Source: Octopus bimaculoides (lineage: Eukaryota). From it: a stretch of 34,867 nucleotides of DNA. This document shows, one piece after another, positions 10,848 through 21,863 of the stretch (its first letter is position 1; each line of letters opens with the position of its first letter). The notes under the pieces were generated by a model, which saw nothing but the letters and a program-made list of their open reading frames with translations, did not search any database and was not told the origin of the DNA. Position numbers and translations under genes: made by a program. Location of the stretch: positions 18,270,349 to 18,305,215 of the forward strand of contig NC_069006.1 in NCBI RefSeq assembly GCF_001194135.2. Direction: 5' to 3'.

Positions 10848-11233
10848 GATTGTTGTGCTGTCTGTGTGTAGCGATATCGGTTGGAAGAAATTACAAGTGT
10901 TCACTTCCTAACACACATTTCTTGCAGCACTATGGCTGTGGAATCACCTCGTTTACCATTCACATTTCAATGTTCGACATATGCAGCGCTGGGAAATATT
11001 ATATTTAGATCCTGTGTCAGCCATGTTGGACGTTAAACGAATAGCATTACGGCCATCTTGTTAAACTGCTCAACATTACAGAGTAACATAGTTTTCTATA
11101 TAAAAACATGACTGTTCTTGTGAGATTGTTGTTGTTGTTGTTGTTGTTGTTAGTCTTCATGTTTTGTTGTTATTGATGTTGTTGTTTTCAGGCTGTTGTA
11201 ATTATGGTATATATATTACTGTTGTTGTTGCTA

Positions 11234-11486
11234 AGGCGACGAGCTGGCAGACTCGTTAGCATGCTGGGCAAAATGCTTGGAAGCATTTCGTCCGTCTTTA
11301 CGTTCTGAGTTCAAATTCCGCCGAGGTCGACTTTGCTTTTCATCCTTTCAGGGTTGGTAAAATAAGTAGCAGTTGAACACTGGAATCAATCAAATAGACT
11401 TGTTCACCCCCCCCCCCCNNNNNNNNNNNNNNNNNNNNNNNNNNNNNNNNNCGAAATTGCTGGCCTTGTGCCAAAATATGAAAACC
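11234..11486 (+). mobile_element. SINE 'A' (contains gap 11419-11451)
   Basis: Same consensus as 9164-9367; flanked by (GTT)n and ATT/GTT runs. Confidence 0.9.
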
Positions 11487-11522
11487 AATTTATTATTGTT
11501 GTTGTTTTTGTGGTAATGGTTG

Positions 11523-11553
<31 letters not shown>

Positions 11554-11948
11554 TGTCGTTGTGTGTGTGTGTATTTGTGTTTCTGGGTGAAATATTTGAA
11601 ATTAAGTGATTCCAAACGCATACAAACCACGTATACTGACTGAATGATGTAAAAACTCTAATTTTGTTTGAAGTAACCATTACTGAGGTTGTTCCTACAA
11701 CGGTCTTTGCCTTTTGCTTTTCTATAAATTCGAACTACATGCATACATACACACACACCGGAAATTACACAAACCATATGCATTAAGTATATGTACGTAC
11801 GCATGTATGTATGTATGTATGTATATACATACATCTATGTACATGCACCATATGAAAAGTGACACGTGTATATACTCACACACACACATATATATGTATA
11901 TATATACACTCACATTTATATATACATATATGCAAATATATGCATATA

Positions 11949-11998
<50 letters not shown>

Positions 11999-12332
11999 TA
12001 TAAATATATATATATACTGTAGGTAGATACATTGACACACACGTACTTACACACACACACACATGCATGTGTACATACTATATATGCATGTAACAATGTA
12101 TGCTTTTCTTTCAAGATCAAAGACTGCGAAGATTAAGAAAAGATCTCTCGTTCTCCCTCGCTGCCCCATTTTTTCTAGAACCAACAACAATAACAACAAT
12201 GGCCGCTATACACATTTCGATTGACTATTTGTCGCTAATGAACTCACTTGACATACGTCGAATATAACGAATCAATATTTATATAGATCAATAAACATAT
12301 ATTTGTATATGCATACATACAGAAAATGTATA

Positions 12333-12378
<46 letters not shown>

Positions 12379-12622
12379 GGAGAAGAGCGAGAAAGAGAGC
12401 TTCTCTTGCATTTTGTAAAAACTTTACATCCGTTTAACGTTAGTTCGATTATTTCCAATCAATAAATTTCTTCTTCTTCTACTTTTCTCCTCCTCCACAT
12501 CACCACCACCACCATCAGAGATACGTATATTATCTGTCTATATAGATAGATATAGATATGGATATATACATACACGCTATAACACAGACGCGTATATATA
12601 TTTGTGTGTATATATGTGAGTG

Positions 12623-12654
<32 letters not shown>

Positions 12655-12684
12655 TACATATGTATGTGTGTGTATGCATGTTTG

Positions 12685-13290
12685 TTTGATTCCCAGCGGC
12701 GCATTGTGTCCTTGAGCAAGACACTTTATTTCATGTTACTCCTGTCCACTCAGCAGGCAATAAAGAGTTCTGACATAACAAGATGGTCCTCGTCTGTCCG
12801 ACCGTCAAAGTGGAGAGTCGCCGCCTTAGCAGAAACATAGTAGTATGAGGTGTGTGTTTGGGGTTTTGTCGTTGCCTTGTGAGTGAAATTGGTAGACGGA
12901 AACTGGAAAAAGCTCGTCGTGTGTGCATATATATTGTGTGTGTGTGCGTGTGGAGTGTGTGAGTGTGTGTGGAGTGTATGTGTGTGGAGTGTGTGGAGTG
13001 TGTGTGTGTATGTGTTTGTCTCTACTACTACTACTACTACTACTACCACTACCACCACCACCACCACCACCACCACCACCACCACCACCGCTTCACAACC
13101 GGCGTTGGTTTCTTTACGTCTCCGTAACATAGCGGTTCGGCAAAATGACCGATAGAATAATAACCCGAATAGAAAAAAAACAAAAAAAAAAAACAAGAAC
13201 AATATAAATACTGGGGTCGAGTAAACCCGCCAAAGTGATACCCCAGCATGATCGCAGTCCAATTACTGAAACAAGCCAAAGATAAAAAGG
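12685..13290 (+). mobile_element. Composite SINE: family C-type head plus family B middle and 3' body
   Basis: 12685-12790 has gcattgtgtccttgagcaagacactttatttca (C type). From 12874, gccttgtgagtgaaattggtagacggaaactg, a microsatellite and accgcttcacaaccggcgttgg...ctggggtcga..ccccagcatg..gcagtc match family B. Confidence 0.75.
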
Positions 13291-13933
13291 AAGATAACAG
13301 AGAAGTGATTTCAGCAGAAATTGTAATCATAATTTTTCTATTTACTCATCACATTAATGCCAATTAAGCACTCATATTAATTAATTGCTCTTATTAATTA
13401 TGTATAATTATTTGCTCCACATTTCTCTTTTGGTTTTCATTTTACTTTAAATATCTGTTCTGTTTCCGTGTCCGATATTATTGCAAAAGGAGAGCAGATG
13501 TTTGTCATTCACTCACATTATGCACGGATGCTCATGTATATATATTTGCGCCTGTTTCTATGTGTTTGCCTGTATTCACGTTTGTGTGAATGGTGCCGGG
13601 TTCAGTTCCATTGCCTGGTATCTCGGCCCCGACAAAGCATTGTTTAAAACAGACATTTATTAGTTTAAAAAATCCAAGAACGAAAGTTTGCAATGCACTC
13701 CAGGATTTTATAGAAGAAACTACAATAAACTGGCCCCGTGCCGTCAAAAATGGCGGATAACTGTAGTATTTTATATATAAATATGGATGGTAAATCAAAT
13801 TAATACACTTGTCAATGTTCACATACTTCCCTTGTACACGCACACCCATACACATATATACTTACACAGAGTTGAAACGCTGTTTGATTTTTTTTCTTTT
13901 GAACGTTTACCATCCCACCAGTTTGCTATTAAT

Positions 13934-14018
13934 CCTTCCTTATTCATTTATCACCCCTTCCTTATTCATGTGTCACCCCTTCCTTAATTCATTTATCACT
14001 CCTTCCTTTTTCATTCAT
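13934..14018. repeat. Minisatellite, about 22-bp unit (ccttccttattcatttatcacc), about 3.5 copies
   Basis: Directly visible tandem units. Confidence 0.85.
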
Positions 14019-14049
14019 ATGTTGTGACGGAGAAAAAGACAAGAGTATT

Positions 14050-14330
14050 ATTATAGTAGAAGATTATCTTTCTCGTATCTCCTTCTCCTTCTTGTGCGCA
14101 CGTGCAGCATCTTTGGTTACTATAGAAACGGAGCTTTTCTCCATGGTGATGTGTAAAATACTCGCTTCTGATTGGCTAAAATACCCAAATTTTGCAAATT
14201 TCAAAGGCTAAAAACTTTTTAATAATGGATTTATAGGAAAAATGAATTTCATTTTCATAATTGGTATACAAAACTTAAAAATCATAAACCAAATTTGAAA
14301 ACAATTGGAACAAAATTGTAAACAGCGACG
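14050..14330. mobile_element. Possible terminal fragment of an unclassified DNA transposon or MITE
   Basis: Motif style (ttctgattggctaaaa...tttcaaaggctaaaaacttttt...ccaaatttgaaaacaattgga) resembles MITE termini. No TIR or TSD pair found. Confidence 0.3.
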
Positions 14331-14349
14331 AAAACCACAAAGATCCCTG

Positions 14350-14401
14350 ATTTATAGCTGAGTCAACTGAAGCAATGTGAAGTGAAGTGTTTTGCTCAAG
14401 A
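14350..14401 (-). mobile_element. SINE C/D-type internal domain fragment running into a gap
   Basis: Reverse complement tcttgagcaaaacacttcacttcacattgcttcagttgactcagctataaat matches the shared domain. Confidence 0.7.
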
Positions 14402-14892
14402 NNNNNNNNNNNNNNNNNNNNNNNNNNNNNNNNNNNNNNNNNNNNNNNNNNNNNNNNNNNNNNNNNNNNNNNNNNNNNNNNNNNNNNNNNNNNNNNNNNN
14501 NNNNNNNNNNNNNNNNNNNNNNNNNNNNNNNNNNNNNNNNNNNNNNNNNNNNNNNNNNNNNNNNNNNNNNNNNNNNNNNNNNNNNNNNNNNNNNNNNNNN
14601 NNNNNNNNNNNNNNNNNNNNNNNNNNNNNNNNNNNNNNNNNNNNNNNNNNNNNNNNNNNNNNNNNNNNNNNNNNNNNNNNNNNNNNNNNNNNNNNNNNNN
14701 NNNNNNNNNNNNNNNNNNNNNNNNNNNNNNNNNNNNNNNNNNNNNNNNNNNNNNNNNNNNNNNNNNNNNNNNNNNNNNNNNNNNNNNNNNNNNNNNNNNN
14801 NNNNNNNNNNNNNNNNNNNNNNNNNNNNNNNNNNNNNNNNNNNNNNNNNNNNNNNNNNNNNNNNNNNNNNNNNNNNNNNNNNNNNNNNNNNN

Positions 14893-14969
<77 letters not shown>

Positions 14970-15409
14970 GCGGGTTGGGTGTAAAGCCATTTTGTCCTTG
15001 ACGTGATCAGCAAAGGTCAATATGAACATAATAATTCTTGTATTGAAACTAAATTAAATTATAGGTCATTTAGTTGTTGTAAGACGAGAACTGGTGTCGG
15101 CCATTTTGAAGGCGCCGCCAGTGTCTTGGTCGTTGTTACCTTTGTGAAGCTTGTTAAGCGACGGTTGATAAAAGGATGAAAGGAATTAAAAACGAGGTAG
15201 ACTTTTGCCGATGCTAATCATTTCTGGAGTACAGCAAACCCTTGTCTTTCTCATTACTAAGAAATAGGACGTGAGGGGTTGAGGTGGTGGTCGAACAATT
15301 TTTAACCCTTTCCACACAAGATACAAGGCGTGAGTTGTCATCGTTAGCCCAGTACGTAACTGGTACTAGTTGCATGATGCAGTTTGAAACTGTTCCTAGT
15401 TCTATGATT

Positions 15410-15842
15410 TTATTTTTCTACTTGTTTCAGTCATGGATTGCGGCCATGCTGGAGTAACCGCCTTGCAGAATTTTAGTCCAGCCAATCGATCTTGATACTT
15501 ACACTTTTTAAAGTCTGGTATTTATTCTACCGATCTATTTTTGCCGAACTGCTAAGTTACGGGAACGTAAGCAAACCAACACTGGTTGAGAAGTGGTGGT
15601 GGGGACAAACACAAACAAACACACACATTGATACATACATACATACATACATAAATAAATACACACATACATATTATGACAGGCTTCATTCAATTTCCTT
15701 CAACCAAATTCGCTCACAAGGTTTTGGTTGGCGTGCAGGCTACAGTAGAAGACACTAGCTCAAGGTGCTTCGCTGTGGGACTGAGCCAGAAACCATGTGG
15801 TTGAGAAGAAAGCTTCTTAACCACACACCCACATCTGCGCCT
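15410..15842 (-). mobile_element. SINE 'B', full length, central (TACA)n
   Basis: Head and 3' body both match the other B copies. Confidence 0.9.
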
Positions 15843-15966
15843 GTGATACAAACTTGCTGTTTTAAACTGACCTGAATTGAAACCTTACATCAAAATATCA
15901 TGTTAATTTATTTTCGGAGCACCAGATTAATTATCATTTCCACTAAATAACGTGGATTACAATACG

Positions 15967-16314
15967 ATGGAAGCTAACAAGAGAAAGAACGAGACGGTAT
16001 TGGCAACGACGCAAAGTGAACAGAGGGTCGAATCACTAGAACAAGCACGGAAATAGCAGCGTAGAAGGGAGAACATGAATCAAAGAGAATACCGTATGTA
16101 CAACAGATGAGAGAACGGTGTTCAAGAGAGAATAGAAAATGAAAACGAGAGAGAACATCAAAACATCTGTAAACATATGTTTGAATGTTACAACATTGGT
16201 GACATGAATATTCTCTGTAATCATTTTACAGCGCGCAGATATATAAATGAACCTCTGAACTGCTGAGAGAATGGGAAAGTCATGCTTCTACAATTACAAA
16301 CTTACCCAGAATAA
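15967..16314 (+). pseudogene. Helitron RepHel N-terminal fragment with decayed zinc finger
   Basis: One frame with internal stops: MEANKRKNETVLATTQSEQRVESLEQARK*QRRRENMNQRE...ECYNIGDMNILCNHFTARRYINEPLNC*ENGKVMLLQLQTYPE*. Matches the Helitron pattern IG.M...C.HC.A......E....CC..GKV.L..L..P. Both second cysteines are lost by single substitutions (ttt, tga). Confidence 0.8.
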
Positions 16315-16487
16315 CAGAAATGTCTTCTCTTTTTTATTCTTTATGAAAATAGTGTGGAATATACAATTTCAAAAGAAACATTAATTTTTATGGTTCTATA
16401 TAAACTTCCAGCCATCTAAAAAATTTCGTATTTGTTGTAGAATTTCCACGGATGCTGCCGGTTACTACTACTACTACTACTACAACG

Positions 16488-16539
<52 letters not shown>

Positions 16540-16797
16540 TCCCTAAAACTGCCGGCCTTGTATCAAACTTTGAAACCAGCGAAGGCGGTGAGCTGACGGA
16601 ATCGTTAGCACGCCGGACCAAGTGCTTAGCGGTATTTCGTCTGTCTTCGTGTTCCGAGTTCAAACTCTGCCGAGGTCGACTTTGCCGTTCGTCCTTTCTG
16701 GGTCGATAAAACAAGTACCAGTTGAGGCACTGGGAACGATGTAATATCGACTTCTCTCCTCCCACGAATTTCAGGCCTTGTGCCTATATTAAAAATA
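16540..16797 (+). mobile_element. SINE 'A' 3' fragment (16540-16577) followed head-to-tail by a full SINE 'A' (16582-16797)
   Basis: ccctaaaactgccggccttgtatcaaactttgaaacc matches the A tail at 11452-11486. A full A copy follows; a (TAC)n array lies upstream. Confidence 0.85.
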
Positions 16798-16970
16798 TAA
16801 TCATTTGATGCTGTTGTCGTTCAATCCCTGCTCAGTCATGACTGAGCAGAGCTTTCTAACTTGTGACCACGAACAGACCGATGATACAAGATACTCCAGC
16901 CGTGAACGTCCTCCTTTTTATAGTGGGATAGGTGTACCTAGGAATACATAATCCTATGTGTATACACGTA

Positions 16971-17304
16971 TCTTTTATCTTTTAGTTGTTTCAGTCATTT
17001 GGTTGCGGCCAGGCTGGGGTACTGCCCTCAAGAACTTTAGTCGAACGAATCGACCCCAGGACTTTTCTTTTAAAACCTGGTACTTATTCTATCGCGTCCT
17101 TTTTACCGAACCGCTAGGTTACGGAGGCTTTAACACATCAACACCGGTTGTCGAGCGGTGGTGTGGGGCAAACACAGACAGAAAGACACACACACTCATA
17201 TTTTCGATATATATATAGATATATATATAACATATACTGCAAAGATATATACACATATATGTATACATACAAACATATATGTATATATATATATATATAT
17301 ATAT
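16971..17304 (-). mobile_element. SINE 'B' 3' half; central (TA)n runs into a gap
   Basis: Matches the B 3' body. Confidence 0.85.
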
Positions 17305-17983
17305 NNNNNNNNNNNNNNNNNNNNNNNNNNNNNNNNNNNNNNNNNNNNNNNNNNNNNNNNNNNNNNNNNNNNNNNNNNNNNNNNNNNNNNNNNNNNNNNN
17401 NNNNNNNNNNNNNNNNNNNNNNNNNNNNNNNNNNNNNNNNNNNNNNNNNNNNNNNNNNNNNNNNNNNNNNNNNNNNNNNNNNNNNNNNNNNNNNNNNNNN
17501 NNNNNNNNNNNNNNNNNNNNNNNNNNNNNNNNNNNNNNNNNNNNNNNNNNNNNNNNNNNNNNNNNNNNNNNNNNNNNNNNNNNNNNNNNNNNNNNNNNNN
17601 NNNNNNNNNNNNNNNNNNNNNNNNNNNNNNNNNNNNNNNNNNNNNNNNNNNNNNNNNNNNNNNNNNNNNNNNNNNNNNNNNNNNNNNNNNNNNNNNNNNN
17701 NNNNNNNNNNNNNNNNNNNNNNNNNNNNNNNNNNNNNNNNNNNNNNNNNNNNNNNNNNNNNNNNNNNNNNNNNNNNNNNNNNNNNNNNNNNNNNNNNNNN
17801 NNNNNNNNNNNNNNNNNNNNNNNNNNNNNNNNNNNNNNNNNNNNNNNNNNNNNNNNNNNNNNNNNNNNNNNTGTTCTCAAGTACCTATTTTTCTGTGAAT
17901 GCCAGCTATTAATCGCTTCCTCGGTGGGTGGGCCGTTTTGGAGCTAGGTTCGCGTCGTAATTACTGATTCGGCAGTAAAAGAA

Positions 17984-18029
<46 letters not shown>

Positions 18030-18039
18030 CATCATCATC

Positions 18040-18249
18040 CTTTCTACTACAGGCACAAGGCCTGAAATTTGGAGGAGATACCAATCATTTACATCGACAC
18101 CAGTGTTCAACTGGTACTTTATTTTATCGACTCTGAAAGGATGAAAGGCAAAGTCAACCTCGGCGGAATTTGAACTCAGAACGTAAAGACAGACGAAATA
18201 CCGCGAAGCATTTCATCCAGCGTGCTAACGGTTCTGCCAGTTCACTGCC

Positions 18250-18250
<1 letters not shown>
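18040..18250 (-). mobile_element. SINE 'A' flanked on both sides by (AAT)n
   Basis: The reverse complement matches family A. Long (AAT)n arrays at 17988-18029 and 18251-18337. Confidence 0.9.
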
Positions 18251-18338
<88 letters not shown>

Positions 18339-19021
18339 GTTGCTATTATGCAAAACTGTCGTAAGTCCAAAACGTTGCTTTTTCAGAAAACGAAAAAGTA
18401 GTTTCACCTTTCCATACCAGAACCGTTGTACTACACTGGAGATACGATAGTTTGATCAAATGAACCGGCTATTGCAAGCAAAAATAAATATTGNNNNNNN
18501 NNNNNNNNNNNNNNNNNNNNNNNNNNNNNNNNNNNNNNNNNNNNNNNNNNNNNNNNNNNNATACGACTGTTTAACATAATAGCAACGATATACATATATA
18601 TATATATATATATATATCTATATATATATATAGACAGACACACGACGCGTTCCCTTCAGTTCCCGTCAATCATAAGACATAAAAGGAGAATCAAATAGAA
18701 TGAAATAAATAAACAGTGTCCTTAATAGAGGAGCAATTTACCGAGGTTAGTTCAGGGACCTGAACGCACAAACTGGTACGGGTTACTCTGCCGTCTCTAA
18801 GGCATCGAAAGTGCTCTCTTTCGGTTTCTTTCTTCATACTTAAAAAAAAAAAAAACTACTCAGAGTAGACCCATCTAGACTTACCAGTTTTGCCACTCTC
18901 ATCCACCTTTTGATAAACACACTAGAAGCTAGCGCCTCCCTTCACTTCTCTTGTCTTTCTCTTTAAATGGCACTTGAAGAAACTGATGAGAGCTTGATCA
19001 GATAGGAAAGTGCCTGTCTTT

Positions 19022-19053
<32 letters not shown>

Positions 19054-19259
19054 CGATAATATAAATCTGGTACAGTTTAACAATCCTGTTCTTTTAATCT
19101 TGGAGCCATTAGTATTTCTAAAAAATCTACTTTCTTTCAAGCGATACCATCAAAATGAAAGACATTTGCAGCAGTAGGACGGCTAAATATTACAAGATTT
19201 CCATATCTCGGGTGTCTGTGGTGGTCTGGTGATGTTGGTGATAAAAGGGTTGTGGTGTG

Positions 19260-19428
19260 CAGGGCCGCCTTATCAACATCATAGGCCCCCGGGCCAATTA
19301 ATACACTGAGTCTTACACTATTTATTAACTGCAAGCCACAGCATGCGTACAAACGTCAGAATTGGACTGCTACTCTCGTGAGGCCCCCGGGCAACTGCCC
19401 AGTGTGCCAACGCCTTAAGACAGTCCTG
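19260..19428. mobile_element. hAT-type MITE, 169 bp, with 8-bp TSD GTGGTGTG
   Basis: Left end CAGGGCCGCCTTA, right end TTAAGACAGTCCTG (imperfect TIR starting CAG). Identical GTGGTGTG at 19252-19259 and 19429-19436. Subterminal aggcccccgggc occurs twice. Confidence 0.85.
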
Positions 19429-19679
19429 GTGGTGTGTGTATGTGTGTGTGGATTATATTGGTTAAAGAAAAAAAGGTATCTTCGTATATAAGAAAATATA
19501 ATGAATAAATAAATCAGACATGTAAATATTAAAAGCATAATTTAAAATTGCTGCCAGTAACGAAATATGTGATTGTTCCTGTTCAGCAAGATTTTCAATT
19601 GTTATCTCCCCTCCTCTCTCTCTTCCTTTACCTATCATTTCATCTTTTTTTGTCTCTATCTATCTACCCTTCCCCCTTT

Positions 19680-19681
19680 CG

Positions 19682-19724
<43 letters not shown>

Positions 19725-19942
19725 TCTCTGAAACACTTTCTTCAATACGTACACATATTAATATTTCCTTATACACACATATTGCTGGGTGTAATTAAAT
19801 ATGAAGATAGAGAAATAGATAGATAGATAGATAGATAGATAAATAGATAGATGGATAGATAGATAGACAGACAGATATATAGATAGACAGACGGACTGAT
19901 AGACAGACAGACAGACTGATAGATAGACACACACACACACGT

Positions 19943-19994
<52 letters not shown>

Positions 19995-20065
19995 CAGGCA
20001 AACAAACAAACAGATAGATAGATTAGACAGATAAATAGATAGACAGACAGACAGACAAACACACA
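19680..20065. repeat. (CT)n then (GATA)/(GACA)/(GA) compound array
   Basis: Directly visible. Confidence 0.9.
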
Positions 20066-20069
20066 GCTA

Positions 20070-20750
20070 CAGAAGTTGGACAAAACAATGGAATTATCTA
20101 GCATCATAGCATCATAATTTTGAAATATCTATGAAACCGTCAAAATCTTATTTTTATGTTTTTGATCATTATTAGTGTTGCTTAATGTGTTTTGCTAAAA
20201 TTGCTGTTTCTTTTCAGATATCATCAGAGAAAGGTAATTAAAATTCATTAAAATGACAGCTCTATCGGACTTTCAAAGAGATCAAATTGCTGGTGCTCGT
20301 ATGGCAGGCGCTAGCGTAACGAAAACAGCCGAAATGTTTGGTGTAGCAAGAAGTACTGTCTTGAAAGTAATGACAGCCCTTGAGAAAGAGTGAAAAGCCT
20401 CCTCGTCGAAACAAAACTCCCGAAGAAAACCAAAACTTTCAAATAGGGACCGTTAGAAAGGATCAGAAAAAAAACAAACAGCTCCCAGGATCTCAATATT
20501 ATTGAGCATTTGTGGTGCATTTTAGAAAAACAAGTAAGGAGTCGATATCCTCCACCACCATCACTACAAGAACTGGAAACTGTTTTAACTGAAGAATGGA
20601 CAAAAATTCCCTTCGAAACAATTCAAACTTTGTACGAGTCGATACCTCATAGAATTCAAGCTGTAATTACTGCCAAAGGCGGTCCTAGCCCATATTAAAA
20701 CTAATTTGTTTGAAGTTTTATGGTGTTTCCATTATTTTGTCCAATCCCTG
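20070..20750 (+). mobile_element. Tc1-family DNA transposon, internally deleted (681 bp), TA-flanked
   Basis: TIRs CAGAAGTTGGACAAAACAATGGAA and rc CAGGGATTGGACAAAATAATGGAA (20/24), with TA at 20068-69 and 20751-52. From ATG 20253: MTALSDFQRDQIAGARMAGASVTKTAEMFGVARSTVLKV..(HTH)..RKPKLSNRDR. Then directly SQDLNIIEHLWCILEKQVRSR...IQAVITAKGGPSPY* (SPDLNPIE-type motif). Confidence 0.93.
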
Positions 20751-20798
<48 letters not shown>

Positions 20799-21454
20799 TG
20801 TTGAGAGGGAAAGACGGAAAGTGAGGGATGGAGGAGAAAGAAAGAGGAGGTAGAAGTTAATTAAAAATCTATATCTATGACTGTTTAAGTACATGTGTGT
20901 GCGTCCATGACGTCCGTATACAGCATACACACATACATATACATACACACATATATCCTTAAACATACATATATACGGATACTCACAATATACACACGCG
21001 TGCATACACACATATTCTTAAACGTACATACCTGCAGTTACATAAGCATACGCACAAGCAGAAAACGGCACGTATACATTCAAATTCACACACACACACA
21101 CACACAAACCTTCATAAATTTACAGTTATACACAGTATATAATCTTACACAGTTTTCGACGTTAATTTCTCAGCGGGCGACAAATAAAAGAGATTACAGT
21201 GGATTCGTGGTGGTGATGGGACTTATTGAACGCGCCGTTGGAGGTAAGTAGGAGGTGAGCCACCAGTAATTAAAAAAACCTACTGACATGGTTTCAATTC
21301 TATCGTTCTCTTTTATCGTTTATTTGTTTCTGGAGACGTGGGTTCGCGTCATATGGGCAGCCTTCGACTTTTTCTATCCAAAAAGGTTTTGCAACCCAAT
21401 ATTTACATACTATTCTTTATAGCCGTATGTGATGTGCTTCTGCAGGGATGGGCG

Positions 21455-21708
21455 GGTGGCGAACCCTGCTGTACTCGCTCACCACAACTTTCTCTCACTC
21501 TTTCCTCCTGTTTCTGTCGTACCTGTATTTCGAAGGGCCAGCTTTGTCACACTCTGTGTCACGATGAATCTCACCGAGAACTACGTTAAGGGCACACATG
21601 TCTGTGGAGTGCTCAGTCACTTGCACGTTAATTTCACGAACAGGCTGTTCCGTTAATCGGATCAACTGGAACCCTCGTCGTCGTAACCGACGGAGTGCCA
21701 CAATACTT
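21455..21708 (+). mobile_element. SINE 'D' 3' body
   Basis: Near-identical to 6940-7090; ends ccctcgtcgtcgtaaccgacggagtgcca. Confidence 0.85.
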
Positions 21709-21863
21709 ATAATACAATCTGTTTGGTATTTATGAATCCACTGTACCATGAATACAGCTTAATGTTTATAGGATGAAAATTAAATGAAGGAAAGTAAAGA
21801 ACATGATTTGATTTTACAGATACAGGTACAAATTAATACGCTTCTCAGGCAGAGTTAAGCTCT

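Noticed and set aside
10928-11070. Exon candidate after ttcttgcag
   Set aside because: All three frames are similarly open and no convincing donor was found.
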